Position numbers and translations under genes: made by a program. Below, one piece after another: positions 25,803 to 32,000 of a stretch of 32,000 nucleotides of DNA. The stretch is from Nitrososphaeraceae archaeon (lineage in GTDB: Archaea; Thermoproteota; Nitrososphaeria; Nitrososphaerales; Nitrososphaeraceae): positions 12,044-44,043 of the forward strand of contig JBJMFM010000010.1 of assembly GCA_045808425.1 (NCBI GenBank), in the 5' to 3' direction. Position 1 is the stretch's first letter. Each line of letters begins with the position of its first letter. Below the pieces are notes generated by a model. The model searched no databases, had not been told where the DNA came from, and saw only the letters and a list, made by a program, of their open reading frames with translations.

Positions 25803-27389
25803 ATGGTAAAAATGTCATTAGATTACCACAACGGAACAATCGTAATAAGTGGGATAGCCAATCTGCCTTTCGCGACCCTTGATCCCAGGACCAATTCCCT
25901 TAGGGCTCCAGCTCTTTACTACATAAATTTAATCGAGCACATGAAACGAAGTAATATAGAATATATCGATAACGTTTTGGACCTAATTCCCTCTAAACAT
26001 TTGAATGTAGGGAGCACAAAAAATAATAGTGCTAATTCTAATGATAATGATTCGTCCAATTTATCCCTTAGAGATTATCAGCGAGAGGCTATTACCAATT
26101 GGATCAAAGCCAAAATGAGAGGCTGCATAGTCTTGCCGACTGGTGCTGGTAAAACACTGATAGGCATGGAAGCGATCAAGGCGATAGATTCTGCATCATT
26201 AATCGTAGTACCGACTATCGATCTTATGGAACAATGGACGTGGAATCTGTCAAAATATTTTAAATGCGTAAAGATAGGAAATCTTGGAGGGGGCTATGAT
26301 AATATTCAACCCATCACAGTTGCGACATATGATTCTGCGTACCTACGTGCGTCTAAGATTGGAAACAAGTTTTCATTAATAATATTTGACGAGGTTCATC
26401 ACCTAGCTGCACCTGGCTACAGATCAATAGCGGAACAGATGGCCTCACCATTTAGATTGGGCCTTACAGCAACAATAGAGCGAGAGGATAGAAGACATAT
26501 AGAACTTCCAAATCTTGTGGGAGAAACAGTATTCCAGCTGTCATCTGACCGGCTTGTTGCTAGACAATACTTAGCACCATATGAAATAGAGACAAGAGAA
26601 GTCGTAATGCTGCCTGAGGAAATTAGGGAATACAATAAGAACTATGACAAGTATCAAGATTGCTTACTACGACTTGGTTTTAAGTATCCCATTGCATTTC
26701 AAAAATTAATTTTGCTATCAGGCAGAAATATGATTGCCAGACAAGCCGTGTTGGCTAGAAAAAAAGCGATGTATATAGCTCTAAACAGCAGATCAAAAAT
26801 ACAAGAGCTAAGGCAAATTCTTGCAAAAAATAGAGGAGTTAAAACTATTATATTCACACAGTATAATAGGCTAGTTTATGAAATATCAAAAACTTTTCTG
26901 ATACCATTTATTACCTACAAGACAGGTAAAGGAGAGAGGCTAGATGTACTGAAGCGCTTCACAGAGGGAAGATATAATGCGATAGTTACATCCAAAGTTT
27001 TGGATGAGGGTTTGGATGTACCAGATGCGGTGCTTGGTATAATTGTCAGCGGAACAGGAAGCAGAAGGGAATTTATTCAGAGGCTTGGAAGGCTTTTAAG
27101 GCCTAAATTGGATGTATATAAAAAAGCAAAACTTATTGAGATTATCTCTGCCAGAACTACTGAGACACACACCAGCACAAAGAGAATGAATGCACTGGGT
27201 AACGAGGATACGAAAGAAGATAATAATCAGAAATTTGGAAGGAGAACTGAAATTAAGACATTTTGTTTTGCCAACGATAATAATAATATTAATTTTGATT
27301 GCACAGCATTGCTAGCAGTATCAAATGCAAGGACTTCGAATCTTATCCTAAAAGAAAAATGGCAAACTACTGAGAGTGAGACGGTATAG
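25803..27389 (+). CDS. xpb: XPB (Rad25/ERCC3-type) SF2 helicase
   Basis: Motifs: LRDYQREAITNW, LPTGAGKT (I), IFDEVHHL (II), GLTATIEREDRR (motif III plus the XPB-specific RED motif) and FIQRLGRLLR (VI). The N-terminal damage-recognition-like domain is present. There are N/S-rich inserts and a low-complexity C-terminal tail. Confidence 0.92.
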   Translation: MVKMSLDYHNGTIVISGIANLPFATLDPRTNSLRAPALYYINLIEHMKRSNIEYIDNVLDLIPSKHLNVGSTKNNSANSNDNDSSNLSLRDYQREAITNWIKAKMRGCIVLPTGAGKTLIGMEAIKAIDSASLIVVPTIDLMEQWTWNLSKYFKCVKIGNLGGGYDNIQPITVATYDSAYLRASKIGNKFSLIIFDEVHHLAAPGYRSIAEQMASPFRLGLTATIEREDRRHIELPNLVGETVFQLSSDRLVARQYLAPYEIETREVVMLPEEIREYNKNYDKYQDCLLRLGFKYPIAFQKLILLSGRNMIARQAVLARKKAMYIALNSRSKIQELRQILAKNRGVKTIIFTQYNRLVYEISKTFLIPFITYKTGKGERLDVLKRFTEGRYNAIVTSKVLDEGLDVPDAVLGIIVSGTGSRREFIQRLGRLLRPKLDVYKKAKLIEIISARTTETHTSTKRMNALGNEDTKEDNNQKFGRRTEIKTFCFANDNNNINFDCTALLAVSNARTSNLILKEKWQTTESETV

Positions 27390-27392
27390 GGC

Positions 27393-29366
27393 ATGTTACC
27401 TGTTCAATTGCTTAGAGCGAGAATAAAAAATAGGGGAAAAAATATAGATCCGCTCTTTTGCGAACATACTATTGATGACGACCGCGGCAATGGCTACGAG
27501 ATCCATTTAGCCTCAAAGCTGATTGAAGAATTTGAAGAGGCTTGGAAAAATAAAGAAAGGAATGGAGTGCTCGCTGATAGAATAGGTCTACTTGAAGAGC
27601 AATATGGAGATTACAAGTTAGTAAGAGGATTTTACACATTACTTCAGAGAAGGTGTATTTTAGGTTCGAAGAAAAGTACAGCCACAGAGACAAGTGGCAG
27701 TATAGCAAAAAGCTCCATGAATAGCAGGGTTAACCAGAACATTCCTGGTTTAGGACATCAGTCAATTGATCCATTCAGTATTAGGAGGGAACTATTCGAA
27801 GAATCATCTAAGAGAGGTTTTGCATTAACAGATTTTGAGAGAACAGAAATTATGGATGCAGTGGCATCAAGACTAGGAATAAGTATGGCCAGTCTATCTG
27901 AGGCTATGTGGAGTGACCTAGAGGATAACCTCATAATTGAACATTTTTTTAAGATAACTCCAAAGGAACTTGTAGGATGGTATAACCTGTCTCTAATTCA
28001 AACGCTGCTATTCAATTGCACAGAACTAGAGTTTTCCGTAAGCGGAGGATCAAACTGGAAACGTGTTTTGAGAGATCTAAAAAGACTTGGTCTCATGTAT
28101 CATCTGGAACAACGGCAACAGGTCAGCAGAGAGCAAAAAGAAACGTATCTAGATGACAAGGTACAGCAAGTCGCAAATTGCTTGTCTGCAGTAAAAGATG
28201 ATGCCACCACCATAGTATGTTCTGTAAATGGCCCTTTGAGTATATTCAAATTAACTGATCGATATGGGACATCGATTGCAAAGCTGCTTCCATCAATAAT
28301 TTCTACTGATAAATGGTTTATTTCAGCTTGGATTGTAAGAAAGAATTTAACCTCCGGGAAGAGGGTATATGAATTTGAACTATCATACAATAGATCTCCT
28401 TTGTTGTTACGTGAACCTGTTCGCGATAGAGTTAAAATTAGCAGATTGAATCAAGAATTTGTCTCAGGTAGTCCTGATATTACTAGTAATACTTACTATG
28501 ACAGCAAAGTAGAAGAAAACTTTGCAAAGAGGTTTATACAATCCGGCAACGGGTGGAGCCTAATAAGAGAACCTGATCCGATTATTCTATCTAATGGCAA
28601 AGCCTTGATCCCGGACTTCTTGTTTGAAAAATATGGCAAAAGGATATACCTCGAGATAGTAGGATTTTGGACCAAAGAATACCTTGAAAAGAAGTTTGAG
28701 AAGATAAGAGACGTATCAGTAACAGAAACAACTAATAGAGTTGACTTCCTAATAGCAGTTAACAGCGACTACCATGCCGCTTCTAGTAATGTTGCTGGCA
28801 CTAAGGTAAAATTAGGCATTTCACAGCTATCTAATTTCATCCAGAAGAACCATCTAATAATGTACAAGAATGACAGTGTACCTCTAAGGCCTATATTGGA
28901 ATATCTAAAGTATATTGAACAAAGGATCGAGCAACAAATGGTAAGCCAGTATTCTAAGAGCTTGCTAGGAGAACTAGATCACATTATTGAAGTAGCTGAT
29001 CCGAAGAATAGCATAATATCGGTTGAAGATATCGCCAAAAAATACAATATATCGATCGAAGCCGCACTAAGGATTATCAGGTCTGAAGCTGAGATAGACG
29101 AAAATAAAAAGGAAAATGAAAATTATGATAAAGATGGTCATACCAAGTTCATAATAGTAGGCAAGTACCTGATCTTAGATCCAAAGGCAAATGAGTTGAA
29201 GTCGCTCTTAGAGAAAACAACAAGGTATAATGAGGCTAGTATACTTTTTATGAAAAATGGAATTCCAGAAGAATGCCATCTTGATCTTATCTCTAAATTG
29301 GGATTTAACATAATATGGAAAGGTATAGATTATAATACGGCGACTATTGAAAAGAAATATTCGTAG
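27393..29366 (+). CDS. bax1: Bax1 (DUF790) nuclease partner of XPB, long form with a C-terminal extension
   Basis: It starts 3 nt after the xpb stop. IPDFLFEKYGKRIYLEIVGFWTKEYLEKKFEKI matches the Bax1 PD...E-x-V/K nuclease motif with the GFWT signature. About 190 extra residues follow the nuclease domain. Confidence 0.8.
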   Translation: MLPVQLLRARIKNRGKNIDPLFCEHTIDDDRGNGYEIHLASKLIEEFEEAWKNKERNGVLADRIGLLEEQYGDYKLVRGFYTLLQRRCILGSKKSTATETSGSIAKSSMNSRVNQNIPGLGHQSIDPFSIRRELFEESSKRGFALTDFERTEIMDAVASRLGISMASLSEAMWSDLEDNLIIEHFFKITPKELVGWYNLSLIQTLLFNCTELEFSVSGGSNWKRVLRDLKRLGLMYHLEQRQQVSREQKETYLDDKVQQVANCLSAVKDDATTIVCSVNGPLSIFKLTDRYGTSIAKLLPSIISTDKWFISAWIVRKNLTSGKRVYEFELSYNRSPLLLREPVRDRVKISRLNQEFVSGSPDITSNTYYDSKVEENFAKRFIQSGNGWSLIREPDPIILSNGKALIPDFLFEKYGKRIYLEIVGFWTKEYLEKKFEKIRDVSVTETTNRVDFLIAVNSDYHAASSNVAGTKVKLGISQLSNFIQKNHLIMYKNDSVPLRPILEYLKYIEQRIEQQMVSQYSKSLLGELDHIIEVADPKNSIISVEDIAKKYNISIEAALRIIRSEAEIDENKKENENYDKDGHTKFIIVGKYLILDPKANELKSLLEKTTRYNEASILFMKNGIPEECHLDLISKLGFNIIWKGIDYNTATIEKKYS

Positions 29367-29656
29367 ACTTAGTTTTTTTGCCATTCCATACTTTGATCGT
29401 AGCGAAAAATCTAAGAGATTCTTGGCAGGGTCGTTAACTATCGCATCAAGATATGCAGGTCCAGCGCAATTCAATAAATTGTCAATTAATATTAAGAGGG
29501 TTAAGATATATGTAAAAATTATTTATTATATTGAAAACTATAAATCCCGAGTTATAGATTGAAGTATTTATTTCATTAATAACTGCTACAGGCGTGTAGT
29601 TAGGCGAATTTTATACTTATATTCTCAACAGTATATACGTACATATAGTATTCTGT

Positions 29657-30985
29657 TTGCAAAGCCATTATAATATTACCATCATAGGAAGCGGCATTTT
29701 AGGCACCTCAGTAGCATATTTTTTATCTTCTATATATGGCTCAAAGGTTCTAGTGATCGAGCAGGAAAGAAATGTCGCATTCCATACGAGCAGCAGGAAT
29801 ACAGGGAAAGTACATGCACCGATTCTTTATGATCCATTGAAGAAGAAGCTTTTTGCTAAAGCTGCGTTTCTAGGGTATGACATGTGGTACAAGTACTCCA
29901 ATCGCAAACAAGTGCTTTTCAAGCAGGACGGTGTCTTGGAGGTTGCTATCGATCAGAGGGGCACGGATAGGCTTCAGAGATACATGGAATGGGGAGAAGC
30001 AAATGGCCTAAGACCAGATGAGGAAATTAAACTCTTAGAAAAAAATGATGTTAAAAAGCTGGAGCCTAGCGTTCATTGTAATGCCGGATTGTACTGCTCA
30101 AGAGATGCTTCAGCAGACTATGGATGTCTGACAAGATGCCTTTTTCAGGATTGTGAGTCATTTGGGTGTAGTTTCTTACTTGGACACAGACTTAGGGCTG
30201 TAATGCAGTCAGGTCATGAAGGGTTAATAATGATCGTAGATGGCGGAGAAAAAGAAAAAAGAATCACGACTGAATTTCTAATTAATGCTGCTGGCGGAAA
30301 TGCGCTAGATATTGCACACTCTATGTATTTGGCCAAAGAGTTTACAGATCTTCATTTTAGAGGAGAGTATTGGCAGGCTCCGGCAAAATACCGAGACCTT
30401 ACAAAACGAAGCATCTATTCAGTACCCAAAATACCTGACTACCCCTTCCTAGATCCGCATTGGATAGTTCGTATAGATGGAAGGCGCGAAGTCGGTCCAA
30501 ACGCTGTTCCAGTTTTTGGTCCCTATGCGTATGACTGGAGAAAAAACCTAAAATATTTCCTACCAAAAATATTTGAATCGTTGAGAACGACTGGTGCTCG
30601 AAAGATCCTTTTTGATAGACAATTCCTATCTCTTATCAGCAATGAACTGAAAAGTTCGCTTTCCAAATCTGCAATGATAAACAGAGCCAAGAAATTTTTG
30701 CCTCAGTTAACTGTATCTGCATTTTCAAGAAAGGGAACAGCTGGTATTAGATCCCTATTGGTAAACAAGGATGGAAGATTTGTACCAGATACATTAATAA
30801 TTAAACAACAGGATTCCATACATGTTCTAAACTATAATTCTCCAGGCGCCACCGGAGCCTTGCCTATGGCCGCAATGATCGTAAACCAATTATTTGAAGA
30901 TGGCGTCCTCAGTTCTGTAGGCGATTGGGTTGAAGGTAAATCAATGTGGGACTTCAGGGAAATTGCCCATAAAATGAATACATAA
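29657..30985 (+). CDS. FAD-dependent oxidoreductase, L-2-hydroxyglutarate oxidase/dehydrogenase-like (DAO family)
   Basis: ITIIGSGILGTSVAYFLS is a GxGxxG FAD fold, followed by SSRNTGKVHAP. NYNSPGATGALPMA near the C-terminus is typical of LhgO/L2HGDH-like enzymes. The start is TTG. Confidence 0.7.
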   Translation: MQSHYNITIIGSGILGTSVAYFLSSIYGSKVLVIEQERNVAFHTSSRNTGKVHAPILYDPLKKKLFAKAAFLGYDMWYKYSNRKQVLFKQDGVLEVAIDQRGTDRLQRYMEWGEANGLRPDEEIKLLEKNDVKKLEPSVHCNAGLYCSRDASADYGCLTRCLFQDCESFGCSFLLGHRLRAVMQSGHEGLIMIVDGGEKEKRITTEFLINAAGGNALDIAHSMYLAKEFTDLHFRGEYWQAPAKYRDLTKRSIYSVPKIPDYPFLDPHWIVRIDGRREVGPNAVPVFGPYAYDWRKNLKYFLPKIFESLRTTGARKILFDRQFLSLISNELKSSLSKSAMINRAKKFLPQLTVSAFSRKGTAGIRSLLVNKDGRFVPDTLIIKQQDSIHVLNYNSPGATGALPMAAMIVNQLFEDGVLSSVGDWVEGKSMWDFREIAHKMNT

Positions 30986-31159
30986 GATACTTATCTATCC
31001 AAAGCTCCTAATGAGTATGATTGTTGGCGTTTTTGATTCGCTTTTACTTTTCCTACGTGGACTAAAAAGGTGGAAGTTTTCTATTTTGTTAGCTAGATGT
31101 TTTTATTGCTTTGCTTTTGTTAAAAAACAAAAGGTAAAGACTGGCTATAAAATGCTTCT

Positions 31160-31297
31160 TTAGCGTTTAGTACGCCTTGCAGCTGAGGCTATTACGTATG
31201 CCAATCCTACTATCAGGCCAAATGCCAATGGTATCCACACGCTGAAACTCTGCTGACTGAAATTTATTTGCTCTATTAAACTACTAATGAATTCCAT
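31160..31297 (-). CDS. Candidate small membrane protein (45 aa), below the ORF-track cutoff
   Basis: Hand translation gives MEFISSLIEQINFSQQSFSVWIPLAFGLIVGLAYVIASAARRTKR, with one clear TM helix and a basic C-terminus. There is no other support. Confidence 0.25.
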   Translation of the reverse strand: MEFISSLIEQINFSQQSFSVWIPLAFGLIVGLAYVIASAARRTKR

Positions 31298-31495
31298 TTC
31301 TCTTATAGGATTCCCTTAGGTATAATATAAGGTTTATATTGTAACATTGGCGTAAATTGCTTTAGTATGTATCTATCCATGATTTCTATATACCCCCTTC
31401 TTATTTCATTCTACACTTCCAATTTTTAATTTATTTTAAGAAGCCTATCAATTTACCATAGTAAAGTGCTCAATATCGTGTTTCTATGCGGTGAG

Positions 31496-31503
31496 ATTAA
31501 ATA
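31496..31503 (+). promoter_or_regulatory. Putative TATA box (ATTAAATA) for the rpl44e-rps27e operon
   Basis: It is centred about 29 nt upstream of the ATG at 31529. This implies a leaderless mRNA and argues against the GTG at 31517. Confidence 0.4.
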
Positions 31504-31528
31504 ACGCTAAATTGAAGTGCATGGTAAC

Positions 31529-31807
31529 ATGAAGATGCAAAAGGAACTTCGCAAGTTTTGTCCCAAATGCAAGACTCATACAGTACAATCAGTATCCATA
31601 TATAAAAAAGGGAGGGATAGGAAGACAGCAGAGGGTGCTCGAAGGCACGCAGAAGACAAGAAAGGCTATGGAGGACAAAAGTTCCCAGAGCTGAAGAGAA
31701 CTGCCAAGACTACGAAAAAAATCACTTTACGATATACATGCAAGAATTGTCAGAGAAAAACAATGAATGAGGGTATAAGAATGCGCAAAATGGAGATCCA
31801 AGCTTAA
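31529..31807 (+). CDS. rpl44e: Ribosomal protein eL42 (L44e)
   Basis: MKMQKELRKFCPKCKTHTVQ...GYGGQKFP...LRYTCKNCQRK shows the typical zinc-ribbon CxxC pairs and the GYGGQ motif. Confidence 0.92.
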   Translation: MKMQKELRKFCPKCKTHTVQSVSIYKKGRDRKTAEGARRHAEDKKGYGGQKFPELKRTAKTTKKITLRYTCKNCQRKTMNEGIRMRKMEIQA

Positions 31808-31827
31808 TCGTTGTGAGTGAGTGAATT

Positions 31828-32000
31828 ATGGCAAGTAAAAATACTATAATGGTCCCAAAACCAAGTAGCAGATTTATATCTGTCCAATGCACACAATGCG
31901 GAGAAAAGAGGATTATGTTCAGTCATAGCACAAGAGATATACATTGCAAGTCTTGCGGAGAGATAATTGCCAAGAAAACAGGATCTAAAGCAAACATTGT
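31828..32000 (+). CDS. rps27e: Ribosomal protein eS27 (S27e), 3' end beyond the window
   Basis: Hand translation gives MASKNTIMVPKPSSRFISVQCTQCGEKRIMFSHSTRDIHCKSCGEIIAKKTGSKANI, with a CxxC...CxxC zinc ribbon. It starts 20 nt after the rpl44e stop. Confidence 0.9.
   Translation, partial: MASKNTIMVPKPSSRFISVQCTQCGEKRIMFSHSTRDIHCKSCGEIIAKKTGSKANI

Noticed and set aside
29208-29562. 88-aa minus-strand and 71-aa plus-strand ORFs after bax1
   Set aside because: The first overlaps the bax1 3' end in antisense. The second lies in AT-rich intergenic DNA with Ile/Lys/Tyr-rich content typical of random AT-rich frames.
31114-31133. Perfect 8-bp hairpin CTTTTGTT-AAAA-AACAAAAG between convergent genes, considered as a bidirectional terminator
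   Set aside because: The stem is almost entirely A-T and therefore weak. Archaeal termination relies mainly on oligo-T tracts rather than hairpins, so I cannot support it as a feature.
1-32000. CRISPR arrays, transposases/integrases, rRNA genes and C/D-box sRNAs
   Set aside because: No regularly spaced repeats and no transposase or integrase motifs were seen. Several UGAUGA-like C-box matches (for example near 18078, 18987 and 22484) lack a correctly spaced CUGA D box.

Overview
This is an AT-rich archaeal chromosomal segment with no mobile elements, CRISPR arrays or rRNA. Several features point to an ammonia-oxidising Thaumarchaeota (Nitrososphaeria)-type genome. These are an intron-containing tRNA, an archaeal histone, ribosomal proteins eL42 (L44e) and eS27, an XPB-Bax1 pair, a compact heme A synthase and a copper-centred terminal oxidase cluster. 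This taxon assignment is inference only.

Gene content, left to right:
- a truncated HTH-type regulator tail and an uncharacterised protein with a PD-(D/E)xK-like core
- trpC-trpB-trpA on the minus strand
- a DUF309 protein, tRNA-Cys(GCA) with a 20-nt intron, a histone, a TatD hydrolase, an SRPBCC protein with an RHH-like tail, and an Fe-type alcohol dehydrogenase
- a minus-strand respiratory cluster: a His-rich membrane protein, a small CoxII-N-terminus-like membrane protein, CoxII fused to a type-1 blue-copper domain, CoxI, a two-domain blue-copper protein, and compact CtaA
- a histidine phosphatase and an F420:NADP oxidoreductase
- a PspA / PspAA-like module converging on an HtpX / PspAB-like module
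- a class I aminotransferase and tRNA-Arg(UCG)
- a DNA-repair island: a Hef/FANCM-type helicase without a nuclease domain, a 108-aa unknown protein, and divergently XPB-Bax1
- an L-2-hydroxyglutarate oxidase-like flavoprotein and the rpl44e-rps27e pair

The observations most worth follow-up are:
- the copper-only electron entry architecture, meaning the CoxII-cupredoxin fusion plus a 305-bp, about 98% identical copy of that cupredoxin module in a neighbouring gene
- the apparently split CoxII N-terminus
- the nuclease-less Hef-like helicase with a winged-helix plus beta-barrel tail next to XPB-Bax1
- the four-gene Psp/HtpX module
- three unassigned proteins at 658-1530, 14935-16062 and 25277-25603

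All family assignments come from motif recognition by eye. No searches were run.
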